64,000 nt of DNA, taken from positions 124,001 through 188,000 of IMG/VR virus record IMGVR_UViG_3300020147_000065. The stretch is one strand, 5' to 3'. A program made the position numbers and the translations under genes. The notes beneath the pieces were generated by a model. It did no database searches, was not told the origin of the DNA, and was given only the letters and a program-made list of their open reading frames with translations. This document shows positions 22,187 through 32,115 of this stretch, piece by piece. How positions within the stretch are numbered: position 1 is the stretch's first letter; each line of letters begins with the position of its first letter.

Positions 22187-24855
22187 CTTCTATAGCCTCC
22201 ACCGAAGTGTCGTTGCATATAATCTGCGGTTGCAGATGTGATTATAGTTTTACCGGACCTCACTTCGGCTTCTGCCATTGCCAGATTAAATGCGTCCGCA
22301 TCGTCAGGAGATTCTTTCAGACGCTTTTTCATGAGGTCTTTCTTCTCTACTTCCCGACGGGTTTCTTTGATACCAGGACGCAAAATATATTTGGCGGCTT
22401 TTAGCTGACGGCCTAAAATAGCCCAGGATTCTCCACCTTCGCATTCTTCTATGCGTGAAATGTCAATTCCGGCCTTTAAATCACGATCTGTAGAATCTAC
22501 ATTATTAGCTTTATCAGCCGAGATAAACCAAAGTTCACTACGACGATTAGGATAACGATCCTTATTGTAAGCCTGTGCAGAAGAGTCTACTCCGACGAAA
22601 TTAAAGTTTCCTTTGTGAGTATATACAGCGTTGTTACCTGTAATATCAATCATGATGGGAACTGTTTCAGCAGTCATTCCCGCATGATCTCTTCCCCACA
22701 CTCCGGCCAAAACCTTTAATCGGTCAGCCGTCATAATTTCATCCCAACCGTGATGTCGCTCATGCCAGAGAACAGTCTTCCCTCTGCGAACAACGATGGC
22801 CGTTTTGTCGGCACCACGTCCAGCAGGGTCACAACCGATTTGAACAGGTTCGTCAATGTCTTCCGGTTGCTGTTCTTTACAGGCTTCCCACATGGCCTCA
22901 GACCACAGGGTATTATCAGAGCCGGACGGCCAACGACCAAGAACACGAGGTTCGAAGTCACTGGCAGCCCGTGGTCGGTAATAATATCTTTCCCATGACT
23001 CAGGCAACTCATATTGTTTACCAAAGTAGGTAATAATACGAGGTGGCCATTCAAAGTCACCAAGTTTGGCTGCGTCAGAGGAAATTATTAAACAGTTTTC
23101 CACTATACGGTCATTCACCCATTGAAGGTTCATGTCAATTCCAGGAAAAGGAATTCTTGATGGATCACTGTCGAATAAAAGGTCGGCAAGCACGTTAGGA
23201 TGGTTTAAGGCAGAAAGCCTGATAACCGTCCATGTTTTATTGTTTTCCGATTCCCAGTAAGCTCTCGATGAGATGTCTACAGGGTTAAGAAGACAAAGCC
23301 ACTTCGCGTTGGGGCGAATTAACATACCACGGGCGTCTTCCCAGAAGTCAGCCATGATACCGTCCGCCTCATCGAAGATAAGCATCAGGTTTTCAGATTT
23401 ACGACCACGGAAACCAGCACCGGTAGCAGCCACTAAACCTTCGGCATAATGCGTAACGCTACTCTGCATACGAGAAGCCGAGGGTTTTAAATCCCACATG
23501 CTTTCAGGAAGACGATAACGATGGTTGCGAACTTCTTTCCAGATGATGTCATCAACTGACTTCTCTGTTGGAGCAGTGGTAATCGTAATAGATTCCGCGA
23601 AAGCATCGTAATGCCAGTTGGTCAGTGCCCCGGCGAGATAGCTATTATGCTCATATAAAGAAGTAAGATAGCTTTCAGGACCAGGAACACAGATAGCAAC
23701 TGTTCGCTGTTTTCCCTGCGGTACGATCTCGGATACTTTCTCCCAGTATGTTCCGGGAGGTGCGTCTTTTAATCGCCAGTCAAGACGATTATCGGGATTA
23801 CCTTCTGCAAGAAACTCATTATCTTCGAATACACGAACGTAGTCTTCGATATTGAGTACACGAGCAACCCAGAAATCCTCGCCGTCCTTTTTGTAGACCT
23901 TGCAGGAAATACCGAACTTTAGTAGAGCAAATGCGAGATCACGGATCAATTCTTCAGAACGATGATAGAATTTAACCTTAGCTTCAACATTGTTCTTAAC
24001 AACGAGGGTATTGCAACTAAGCAGGGTCTTGATGAATAGACGTAGCTGGTCTTTCTTTAAAGTGAAGATGGCTTCAGGAATACGACGCTGTTTAAATGAT
24101 TCTGTAATCAGATACTTATTGAAAAGATGCAGGATTGGCCCGGCACCGACAATCTTCATGCGGCTTTGTGTCTGATCATAGAAAAGATCACCAATTTTAC
24201 CATCAAGAAGACCGACAAGTTGTGCGAACTGTCTCTCGCCTTTTTTAATAAGAACGACTTCTTTATCACGAATGAAACAGGATGTAAGCAGATGTGCCAA
24301 AAGTTTGACCTCATCTTCCTCAATTTCATCCTGCCCAAAGGCGGGAAATTCACGAGTTACTGCAACCAGATCACCTGTGGATATGCAACCCACGGATGTC
24401 CATCCGTTCACTGTAGTCTTGAACTGTTTTCCTGTCTTTACATTCTTAGCGGTCCATAGCGGATGCTTATTGTTGACGATAACACGGCGACCGGACTCGG
24501 TGATTACTTCATAAACGTCTTCATATTCGTTCCATTCGGCTGTTGCTTCAACTTCACGAATTCCGTCAGGTGTAGAGGTTAACGTTTTAAATGTTTTCCC
24601 CACAACCTGTTTGGCCTTTACTTTACGGCCATCCGAAAGGTAAACCCAGTCGGATTCTGCTTTACATTTACCAGATGAGTGGCAAGAAAGCACCATGACT
24701 CGTTTATTCTCGATTAGAGCGCGAGTAATCGCCTCTTGGTCGGGAGTAATACGAGTTCTTAGTTGGTCATTAATATATGCAATTGGGTCATCCGCGTATT
24801 CAGGAAATCGAGCCGTCTTCGAGGGCTGAGTGAGAGTTCTCACTATGTCCCCCAT
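22183..24855 (-). CDS. terL: Terminase large subunit containing an intein
   Basis: Walker A SCHSSGK/S split by the intein, Walker B LIFDEADG, nuclease IGCDPAGRGAD and C-terminal SPDDADA; likely start MGDIVR at 24855 (ORF open from 24930). Confidence 0.92.
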   Translation of the reverse strand: MGDIVRTLTQPSKTARFPEYADDPIAYINDQLRTRITPDQEAITRALIENKRVMVLSCHSSGKCKAESDWVYLSDGRKVKAKQVVGKTFKTLTSTPDGIREVEATAEWNEYEDVYEVITESGRRVIVNNKHPLWTAKNVKTGKQFKTTVNGWTSVGCISTGDLVAVTREFPAFGQDEIEEDEVKLLAHLLTSCFIRDKEVVLIKKGERQFAQLVGLLDGKIGDLFYDQTQSRMKIVGAGPILHLFNKYLITESFKQRRIPEAIFTLKKDQLRLFIKTLLSCNTLVVKNNVEAKVKFYHRSEELIRDLAFALLKFGISCKVYKKDGEDFWVARVLNIEDYVRVFEDNEFLAEGNPDNRLDWRLKDAPPGTYWEKVSEIVPQGKQRTVAICVPGPESYLTSLYEHNSYLAGALTNWHYDAFAESITITTAPTEKSVDDIIWKEVRNHRYRLPESMWDLKPSASRMQSSVTHYAEGLVAATGAGFRGRKSENLMLIFDEADGIMADFWEDARGMLIRPNAKWLCLLNPVDISSRAYWESENNKTWTVIRLSALNHPNVLADLLFDSDPSRIPFPGIDMNLQWVNDRIVENCLIISSDAAKLGDFEWPPRIITYFGKQYELPESWERYYYRPRAASDFEPRVLGRWPSGSDNTLWSEAMWEACKEQQPEDIDEPVQIGCDPAGRGADKTAIVVRRGKTVLWHERHHGWDEIMTADRLKVLAGVWGRDHAGMTAETVPIMIDITGNNAVYTHKGNFNFVGVDSSAQAYNKDRYPNRRSELWFISADKANNVDSTDRDLKAGIDISRIEECEGGESWAILGRQLKAAKYILRPGIKETRREVEKKDLMKKRLKESPDDADAFNLAMAEAEVRSGKTIITSATADYMQRHFGGGYRR
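23644..24666 (-). mobile_element. Intein (341 aa) in TerL Walker A with degenerate LAGLIDADG domain
   Basis: Starts CKAESDWVYLSDG, block B VIVNNKHPLW, ends YEHN followed by Ser; removal restores SCHSSGKSYLAG. Confidence 0.9.
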
Positions 24856-25558
24856 CAAGGACTCTTGAAGCTTTCGTTGCGGTTTCCACGAGAATTCTTG
24901 TGGCAAGGTCTTTATCCTCCAAACGATCAAAAACTACTCCTCGCAACTCGCCCATTACGCGGTTGATGAGGATTTTCACATCAGCGGCTCGCATCATCTG
25001 ATCCAATTGGATATTACGTTTATGCTGAGCCTCTACAAGGTCTTTCTTAGTGCGGATCATACCTTTAATTTCGTCCATCAGGGCGAAATCACGTCCCGCA
25101 CTTTCGATGATGCCACCCATTTGGGCAAAAAGGGCGTTGAATTTGTTCCAGTCCTTTTGATTGGCAGCATCTACACATTTTTCATAATGCTTTAAAATTC
25201 TGGCAATGGCTCCGCCACCTTCGCCGTCACCATATTCGAATTTACTACATAACTCATCAATTAGAGCCTGTGTAAGAGCAATTTCAGGCATGAGTTCGAG
25301 AAGCAGAGGATCATTGGCGGCTTCCTGCATCTTCGGGCCTAATCTTGTTTTCTTTAATGATTCAATGTAACGTCCATCCACGTATGTACCACTCTCCGCT
25401 CCAGATTTACTTCTTCCACCGTGGAAATAGCAAACCTTTTTACCTTTCATAGCCACGGCACCACAGGGCACAAGTTCTTCAGCTTTATCCTTGCGTCTCT
25501 TGTGACCCTGACACCTGGGAATCCATTTGTTTATGTCCCTTCCCTTCGGGTTCGGCAT
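24800..25558 (-). CDS. Terminase small subunit-like protein (HGGxSTG zinc-finger domain)
   Basis: RC...PC...CYFHGGRS motif; immediately upstream of TerL. Confidence 0.7.
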   Translation of the reverse strand: MPNPKGRDINKWIPRCQGHKRRKDKAEELVPCGAVAMKGKKVCYFHGGRSKSGAESGTYVDGRYIESLKKTRLGPKMQEAANDPLLLELMPEIALTQALIDELCSKFEYGDGEGGGAIARILKHYEKCVDAANQKDWNKFNALFAQMGGIIESAGRDFALMDEIKGMIRTKKDLVEAQHKRNIQLDQMMRAADVKILINRVMGELRGVVFDRLEDKDLATRILVETATKASRVLDGGHSENSHSALEDGSIS

Positions 25559-25814
25559 TTTGCAACCTCCGAGTCATTTTAGCCTGGAAACTACCAAGAA
25601 TCTTTTTCTGTACATTCTTGTCAGGAACATGCTCATGCACAGAAGCCACAAGGTCTTGTGTGATGTTACGAACAAGTAGGTGTAATGGCAAAATGGCCCC
25701 GGTAGGAACCGGGGTCTTTTGCTCTGCAATCAGCTTGGGTTTCTTTGCTTCCTCAGCCGCGACTCTATCTGCTTCTGCCCTGACGTGGGCAGGTAAAACT
25801 AATCTTCCACTCAT
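25485..25814 (-). CDS. Hypothetical protein
   Basis: 109 aa, TAATG-coupled to the upstream gene. Confidence 0.55.
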   Translation of the reverse strand: MSGRLVLPAHVRAEADRVAAEEAKKPKLIAEQKTPVPTGAILPLHLLVRNITQDLVASVHEHVPDKNVQKKILGSFQAKMTRRLQNAEPEGKGHKQMDSQVSGSQETQG

Positions 25815-26470
25815 TATCTTCGTCCTTTTCCGTCGTACTTCATAACGTCATAACCTTCACCTTTAAGATATTCGAATAAACCTTCCTGGCTTTCCTTATC
25901 TTTTAGTTCGACTACGACATAGAAATTATTATCACTCTGATAATCTCCGCTACCAGTATCGCCGTCACCGGCTCCCTGTCCCTGATAACCGTCCCCGCCA
26001 TCATTCTCACGAGATTTGGCGAGTCCTTCAAGCATGGATTGACTAAAGATACCATCGAGACGAACACCCTTGTTTATCTCGATCTTCTGAATGCTCTCAG
26101 CATCGAAGACGGCACCTTTTGCAGCGGCATTATCGAAGGAAGCCATGCGGTACTGCTCGGCTTCCGTGAGGTCTTTTCTCTTGTGGACGATGATTACATC
26201 GCCCTCAGTTTCGATTTCGATCACATCTTTATAGCCAAGCTCTTTGGCTTGTTCTATAGTATTGTGACCAGCCACGAGGACATCTCTTCCCTTTTCGTCT
26301 TCAGCCGACAAAATGGGCCGACCGAACTTTAACTCATCGAGGGAGTCCTTGACTTTCTTTTTATTTTTCGCGCTATGTTTGACCGGGTTAATTTCCGCAG
26401 GAGCGTAATCTTCTACAGATTTCTTGCGAATCTTAACGTCGTCAATTTTAACGATTGCATTGTCAGCCAT
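25814..26470 (-). CDS. ParB/Srx-like N-terminal domain protein
   Basis: NPVKHS...SLDELKFGRPIL...VLVAGHN..AKELG...DN pattern of phage ParB-like proteins found near terminase genes. Confidence 0.7.
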   Translation of the reverse strand: MADNAIVKIDDVKIRKKSVEDYAPAEINPVKHSAKNKKKVKDSLDELKFGRPILSAEDEKGRDVLVAGHNTIEQAKELGYKDVIEIETEGDVIIVHKRKDLTEAEQYRMASFDNAAAKGAVFDAESIQKIEINKGVRLDGIFSQSMLEGLAKSRENDGGDGYQGQGAGDGDTGSGDYQSDNNFYVVVELKDKESQEGLFEYLKGEGYDVMKYDGKGRR

Positions 26471-26472
26471 AA

Positions 26473-26937
26473 TTAGAGATACATGTTGTCCATGAGTTCA
26501 TAACGCTTTGGTCTTCCGGTGGGAAATGGTGAAGCGTTGCTTGCTGAAGTCATGCGAACAGGTTCATGCTCCTTACCTTGCAACTTGCGTAGTGCTTTGG
26601 TGGTCTTAATTTCAATCTTGTCAGCAAAAGGTTTCCAAATGCCAACGTAGGCTCCTGCCGCAAATGTGCAAAGAGTTACACCGGTACCAACCCAGTTGGT
26701 AACATCAAGTTTCCCGGCAGCACCAAGAAAAATAGCGGCTGTCACGAAGTGGAAAGCCGCGAACATTCCAATACGTGCCTTGGTAGGCCAGTTTGGTTGT
26801 TGTATGAATGCAATGATGTTGGGGGAGAGAAACGTGAAGACGGTGACGGCAACCTGCCACGGGTTTAGGTCCGGCAGGGTTACTGCACCTGGTTGACCGA
26901 CGGCATTAACGAAGGCCAGAATAGTAAACAAATCCAT
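26473..26937 (-). CDS. Holin-like membrane protein
   Basis: Three hydrophobic segments with PxIIAFIQQPNW motif and basic C-terminus; AGGAG SD. Confidence 0.6.
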   Translation of the reverse strand: MDLFTILAFVNAVGQPGAVTLPDLNPWQVAVTVFTFLSPNIIAFIQQPNWPTKARIGMFAAFHFVTAAIFLGAAGKLDVTNWVGTGVTLCTFAAGAYVGIWKPFADKIEIKTTKALRKLQGKEHEPVRMTSASNASPFPTGRPKRYELMDNMYL

Positions 26938-27105
26938 AGTTCTCCTGGTGATGCCTGAGGACGTTTGGCTACAGAACTATGTTTTATTAACTGTTCCGGT
27001 CAAACGCAAAGGATTATGAAAGCTCAGACACGCACATTAACAGCTTATTTAATCTCTTGCTGCCATGAAGTAAGAACGCTGAGATCAACTCAGGTTTCTT
27101 TTTAC

Positions 27106-27134
27106 TTGACTTTTTAGTAAAATTTTGCTATAAT
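27106..27134 (+). promoter_or_regulatory. Sigma70-type promoter
   Basis: TTGACT-17 nt-TATAAT with extended TG, followed by CCCCGTGG at about +1. Confidence 0.75.
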
Positions 27135-27139
27135 TCCCC

Positions 27140-27880
27140 GTGGAGAGCCAAATAATGTCCATCACAGAACTACAAGAACGTTTTTATCTGGAGAATAAAT
27201 TTCATTTCTCCCCCATGATTCACTCATGGCGAAAGAGCGAGGAAAAAGAAGCCGAGATATTCTCTCATTCTCTTGAGGGTTTATCTATGGTAAAGAATTT
27301 CGATGCTATAGAAGCATTGTTTTACGCAGACCGGTTAGCTCTTGAAGAGAAGATAATCGAGACGGCATCAGATCATAGTCTCTACGTTATCAATGATTGG
27401 GATGATAACACAATAAAGGACAAGATACTCACCCAGGAAGTAGCCCGGATTTATGCCGGTAAATATCTGATGAGTCAGCTTCGTTATTCCTTTAAAGAAG
27501 ATTTTGAATTACTACAGTCGGGAGTTCTTGATCTCAAACGACCAATTGCAAGAATCTGGGCCAGGGATATATTTTATCTACCATTTAAAGATCATGGTGA
27601 AAGTTTGAACATCCTCTGTGGAGATTATGTTCCTTATTCATTTCATGGCGATGAATACCCCGTGGTCAGACAAAAAGAAATCAAGTATATACCCAAAGGT
27701 AGCACCGAGATAAAAATTGGCCACGAAGTAGTTCTGGAAAGATGCGGTAGACTCGAACAGACATGTGATATTGCCGTGTGGCTCTGGAACACGGAACTAC
27801 ACGATCCCTCGACTCGTAAGGGGAGCCAGAAAAGAGGTTCTCTATGGCAAACGATGTTACGGAGAAAGATCGCCGTATGA
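27140..27880 (+). CDS. Hypothetical protein
   Basis: 246-aa ORF behind the strong promoter (start may be ATG 27155). Confidence 0.7.
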   Translation: MESQIMSITELQERFYLENKFHFSPMIHSWRKSEEKEAEIFSHSLEGLSMVKNFDAIEALFYADRLALEEKIIETASDHSLYVINDWDDNTIKDKILTQEVARIYAGKYLMSQLRYSFKEDFELLQSGVLDLKRPIARIWARDIFYLPFKDHGESLNILCGDYVPYSFHGDEYPVVRQKEIKYIPKGSTEIKIGHEVVLERCGRLEQTCDIAVWLWNTELHDPSTRKGSQKRGSLWQTMLRRKIAV

Positions 27881-28015
27881 AGATGGCGATTAAGACCCTG
27901 AAGAAAATCGCTGCGGGTAAGTTCGACGAACAGTACGATAATGACAGCGATAGACTTCATGCCCAGCAGAAAATGGCCAAAGCCACTCTGGAAAATATGA
28001 GGAAGGTGCAGAACT

Positions 28016-28528
28016 GTGAGTTGTGAAGCAATCGAGTATTTGGAGAGAGGTAACCCTTACGAATCCGTCATTGATTTCGGTGGACGTAAGTTTACAGGAA
28101 GAGTGCGTCTAATTAATCCTTATCATCTGGATGAAGAAGAACCTCTTAAAATTGGCGACATGGTTTACGAGAACGTCCACGATGGGAATGACGAGATACT
28201 TGTTCCTGGATTCGTGTGTGCGATTGATGGTGAACGAGTTCAGGTAGATTATTCCTCTACAATTCGCCTTCAACCCAAAGAAAGATATAGTTTTTCTCAC
28301 TATGATCCCGAAGAAGGTCATTTTATTTCTCATATCGGTCGCAATGTAGCAAAGTTTATGATAACACAGGAAGGAAAGACCAAGACTTTCTACTGCTGGG
28401 CCAGAACTTCACGAACAACCGATTACGGGGTAGATAGGGATGACAAGAAGTGGTATCGCTCACACAGGCACGTATCAAAGAAATTCATACCACCTTATTC
28501 TGCCGGACGCTGCATGATACAGTATTGA
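28016..28528 (+). CDS. SH3/KOW-like protein with an insert resembling the tail tube N-terminus
   Basis: LKIGDMVYEN...VQVDYS; insert HIGRNVAKFMITQEGKTKTFYCWARTS. Confidence 0.55.
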   Translation: MSCEAIEYLERGNPYESVIDFGGRKFTGRVRLINPYHLDEEEPLKIGDMVYENVHDGNDEILVPGFVCAIDGERVQVDYSSTIRLQPKERYSFSHYDPEEGHFISHIGRNVAKFMITQEGKTKTFYCWARTSRTTDYGVDRDDKKWYRSHRHVSKKFIPPYSAGRCMIQY

Positions 28529-28536
28529 GGTAACCA

Positions 28537-28890
28537 ATGAAAGTAGGAGACTACGTATACGAGAACATTTCAGATTATCCTAAAGGTATCATCTGTATTC
28601 AGGGAGCGGCCATCGTTGCGGCTGTGACCAATGACGGGGAGGTACTTCTTGATTTCTCGCAGGTGTTTCTTCGTCGCAACAAGGTGGGCCGAATTAAACC
28701 CTCGATCATGCAACAAGTAATGACTGATATTCTTGGTGGGCGAGAGTCAGGGATTTATAGCTTACCACGGCCAGAAGATCGCATCAGTTTAAAGGATTAT
28801 GGGTTGAATACATTCTTTAAGAAATGGCGACCGCTCAAGTACTTAAAGAAAGCAGAAGGTCGGCAGGAGATGCCTGAATATTGGAAGTAA
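28537..28890 (+). CDS. SH3/KOW-like protein, paralog of 28016-28528
   Basis: MKVGDYVYEN...VLLDFS...DYG....KKW; GAGG SD. Confidence 0.6.
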   Translation: MKVGDYVYENISDYPKGIICIQGAAIVAAVTNDGEVLLDFSQVFLRRNKVGRIKPSIMQQVMTDILGGRESGIYSLPRPEDRISLKDYGLNTFFKKWRPLKYLKKAEGRQEMPEYWK

Positions 28891-28892
28891 CG

Positions 28893-28925
28893 AAAAGCCG
28901 GAGTCCCTGAAGACTCCGGCTTTTC
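28893..28925. terminator. Bidirectional intrinsic terminator
   Basis: AAAA-GCCGGAGTC-loop-GACTCCGGC-TTTT between convergent genes. Confidence 0.85.
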
Positions 28926-28994
28926 TTATACCCATTTATATCTAAATCTGAGTATAAACGGATATAAACAGGTATAAACTACCCCGTGGTTGGC

Positions 28995-29249
28995 TTATGT
29001 CTTAATTAATTCCGCCTGTAGATTCATCTTACCCACTAAGTAAGTCTTAACATCTCCATTAGGCTCATATATCATTACATTCACAAAGTCATCTGGAGTA
29101 ATCTCGAAGATGACTCTCTGTGAACCCAGAACTTCGTGAGTAATCAGGTCTTCGTTATCAAGATGGGCCTGGAGGCCGGTAGCCTTGTTATCGTGATCGC
29201 GGTTGTGCAGTTCGAAGAGGCGCACACTTCCTCGCTGTTCAGTACTCAT
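28995..29249 (-). CDS. Hypothetical protein with own promoter
   Basis: Minus-strand TTGTAA-17-TATAAT followed 7 nt later by ATG (MSTEQRG). Confidence 0.65.
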   Translation of the reverse strand: MSTEQRGSVRLFELHNRDHDNKATGLQAHLDNEDLITHEVLGSQRVIFEITPDDFVNVMIYEPNGDVKTYLVGKMNLQAELIKT

Positions 29250-29566
29250 GTTCTCCATTATACAAAAAATCACCCGTCTTTACAAGTAGTTAATAGTGTG
29301 TATAATTAAAAATCTCGAATTGGTATTTTTTGAGAATAGTAAAATTTTAAAGAATGGGTTTCTTCTCCCTGGGAATCGGGTTTTGGGAGAGGGGTGTTTT
29401 TAGTACACGTACCATTACTTCGTAATAATACACACTAATTATAGAGCTGATTTGGGTTTTTTGGGTGTAGCATTTACTCGGTACCGGGTCCCCTCTCCAG
29501 AGAGGGACCGAAAAATAAGTAGTGGGGGGTGTGTTTATATCACAAAACACACCCCGGCACCGCGCA

Positions 29567-29776
29567 TCAATCAATCGCGTAAGTCTCGCCATCATCCATA
29601 ACACAAAAGGCAACCTGTGTCAATCCATAGCCATCGCCTCGCCATGTGTCAATGATACGACAGAAGGCATGAGCTTCGACTAAGGCCCATGCCTCATTCC
29701 ATGAGTCAACCTCACGGATAAACGTAGGGCGTTCACCATTGCAGTGATAGACAGAGAAGCGGGAAGGGTCATTCAT
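29567..29776 (-). CDS. Small hypothetical protein
   Basis: GAGG SD and TTGTGA-17-TATACT promoter with CCCGTGG in the spacer. Confidence 0.65.
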   Translation of the reverse strand: MNDPSRFSVYHCNGERPTFIREVDSWNEAWALVEAHAFCRIIDTWRGDGYGLTQVAFCVMDDGETYAID

Positions 29777-29814
29777 TGTATTACCTCACTTAGTATAGCT
29801 AACCACGGGTGCGG

Positions 29815-30027
29815 TCACAATGGAGTAACCGCGCGAATGAAGTCAGACATGGTGCCAGCATAGTCACGGGCTACACCTCGAATAATATGCAGATTAGACA
29901 TCTCTTCGATTTCTTCGGCATCCTCGAAGTATGAGCCTTCACATTCAAGCGCATGGTTGCGCATCTCGGCTACGATGGCAGGGGACAGGAACACTACAGG
30001 GGCAGGGAGGTTGGCTGAATTACGCAT
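29815..30027 (-). CDS. Small hypothetical protein (leaderless)
   Basis: TATACT 6 nt before ATG (MRNSANL). Confidence 0.55.
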   Translation of the reverse strand: MRNSANLPAPVVFLSPAIVAEMRNHALECEGSYFEDAEEIEEMSNLHIIRGVARDYAGTMSDFIRAVTPL

Positions 30028-30238
30028 ACCCATAGTATAGCACATCGCAAGTGCTATGCAATACTCTATTTATTTAAATGTTCTCTACTGTACCAACCAC
30101 GGGGCACGATCTTGACATTTGTTTGCGGGTGGGGGGGCACCTATACATAACCTGGTTTATGTACTCTATATAACATATTAATTTATTTTTTCTTCTTTAC
30201 CCCTTGCATTGCACTACTCATGCTGTCATACTTTAGGT

Positions 30239-30478
30239 ATGTTAATTGAAGCCCTCGACCGTTTAACCAGCCTGTCCCTTGCCCTTGCTACTGCCTTTTG
30301 TGTCCTCGCCTGTCATGCGTATTACCTTAATATGCCTGAGTGTGCATGGGCTAACATCAAGTTGTTTATTGTGGCCTTTGTGTGTGAGCTTGTGTTTCTC
30401 AAGCTGCATAACATGGCAGTAGTAGCATGGTGCAAGCGTGAGAACGCTATCTATGACGCTGCCCGTGCTGCTGTATAA
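30239..30478 (+). CDS. Small two-TM membrane protein (leaderless)
   Basis: TTGCAT...CATACT then ATG; two hydrophobic segments. Confidence 0.6.
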   Translation: MLIEALDRLTSLSLALATAFCVLACHAYYLNMPECAWANIKLFIVAFVCELVFLKLHNMAVVAWCKRENAIYDAARAAV

Positions 30479-30617
30479 TAAGGCCCCTGCACCTACCTTG
30501 CGGGGTAGGTGCGGGGGGGGCACCTGCTATACGATCCAAAATAATTGTTCTTTACCCCTTGCACTATTCACTATTCCTGATATACTCTAAGCATCGCTTG
30601 ATTGATAAGGAACGACG

Positions 30618-30803
30618 ATGAACAAGAAAGCAACCATCTGGGGCGCACTCCACTATGTAGTAACCGGCCCAAAGGCCGAAGAGAACGCAATAGCGTTCTA
30701 CCGTGCGCAGGGCTACACCTGCACGGGCACGGGCGCTGGCCATGTGCGGGTGTTAGAGGATGGCAAGGGGCATCGTGCCTATATGTCCCTTGAGGCCATC
30801 TAA
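30618..30803 (+). CDS. Small hypothetical protein
   Basis: Own promoter TTGCAC-17-TATACT and AAGGA SD; hairpin after the stop. Confidence 0.65.
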   Translation: MNKKATIWGALHYVVTGPKAEENAIAFYRAQGYTCTGTGAGHVRVLEDGKGHRAYMSLEAI

Positions 30804-31005
30804 CCTATACCCTGCGCACACTTGACTTTTGTGTGCGCAGGGGGGGGGGGCATCGCCTATCCTTTGTCAAGGATCACCTATGCCCTATGTGCGCTACCAT
30901 ACAATAGCTGATTTATTCTCTAAAATTCTTTATTATTACCCCTTGTATAGTAGCCCCTACCCTGAGATACTATAGTCATCACGTTGGTTAAGGAGAGTGC
31001 CTAAC

Positions 31006-31314
31006 ATGGCAAGCAAATCAGTCGTTTTAGTAGAGCGTAGCGGACACATTAGCGGTGTGCAGGGTATGTTTAAGTTGTATAAGGACGGACGCATGACGTT
31101 CGCCAGCAACCTGGTTGAAGGTGCCGACGCTTGCCGTTTGGTTATCTATGTTAAGGAAACGCCCACGATTAAAGTGGGAGAGGGCTATATGGTGCGCGGC
31201 ACGAATAGCGGCCATGCTTTGGGCAAGGCTCCGAAAATCACGTTTCCTGAGAACATTCTCCGTTTGGCGATGGCTCTTAAAGTCCAAGCCGACAAACAAG
31301 CGGAGGCCGCATGA
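31006..31314 (+). CDS. Paralog family A protein, copy 1
   Basis: Shares GHI, EG, TPTIxxGxGY, GxxL..xxKxxFP with 32339 and 35292; AAGGAG SD. Confidence 0.7.
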   Translation: MASKSVVLVERSGHISGVQGMFKLYKDGRMTFASNLVEGADACRLVIYVKETPTIKVGEGYMVRGTNSGHALGKAPKITFPENILRLAMALKVQADKQAEAA

Positions 31315-31680
31315 TTTTTGTCCTCGCTTTTCTTTTACTAATTTGCTGCCCCGCTTTTGCGGGGCAGCCTGAAAAGTTCTGGGCAGCTATCGGCCTACTT
31401 AGTGTAGTCTGTTTTATAGTGACCTAACATAATCCGGCCTACTTGTCAAGTTAAAAGAAAAGACTTGACAAGTAGGCGCGGCGGGGGTGGGCAGATTACA
31501 ACTTTTGTCAACCCGGTGCCGGCCTTCTCAACGCTAACCCTTTAGTTTAACGCGCCCAAACAAAAAGTCAAGCAACCCTGTCAAGGGATCGCGCATAAAT
31601 TATTTTTCAGCCTGGCCCTTGCATCAATCCCCGTGGTTAGTTAAACTATTGTTATCACAATTCGGTTTTAGGAGATTTCA

Positions 31681-31881
31681 ATGCAAGACGATTCTGTAGT
31701 TTTACCCGCCGTTGTTACCCCGCCCGTCAATCCGCACCTGAAGGGCAAAGATTGGGTTTGGGCGTGGGTGCCCAGCGTGTGGGGCGCGGGTGGCTATACA
31801 CGCTCCATGTTGCGCACGGAGGCGCAAGCGCACGGCTTTGAGTTCACGGAGCCGCGTGAGGGGCAAGAGCCACGCTATTAG
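31681..31881 (+). CDS. Small hypothetical protein
   Basis: AGGAG SD; promoter with CCCCGTGG spacer. Confidence 0.65.
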   Translation: MQDDSVVLPAVVTPPVNPHLKGKDWVWAWVPSVWGAGGYTRSMLRTEAQAHGFEFTEPREGQEPRY

Positions 31882-32115
31882 CAGCTTAGCAATTCTCACA
31901 CTTGTTGTTATAGTGTGAGAACTGCCCCCCCCCCACCGCCAGCAGTTTGTAACAGCCACAAACTGATCGCGGTGGGGGAATTGTTCGCCGGCAAACATTT
32001 GCTCTGATCGCGCCTTGACATTCTGGGGTTGGTTTGGTAGGGGCCGGCATCGCGCAAAAATAATCCTTGTATGATCGTCGCGTTGTGATATACTAAGGGT
32101 AATCAGGAGGTTTCA

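Larger units (their letters stand above)
30130..31492 (-). repeat. Reverse-oriented copies of the G-C(n) delimiter (G7-11-C on the + strand at ~30131, 30513, 30840; degenerate at ~31483)
   Basis: Same motif as the main array but on the opposite strand; those at 30513 and 30840 still follow a terminal hairpin. Confidence 0.75.

Noticed and set aside
2813-26896. Numerous + strand ORFs overlapping the structural operon
   Set aside because: Antisense shadows of long minus-strand genes, without SD or recognisable motifs.
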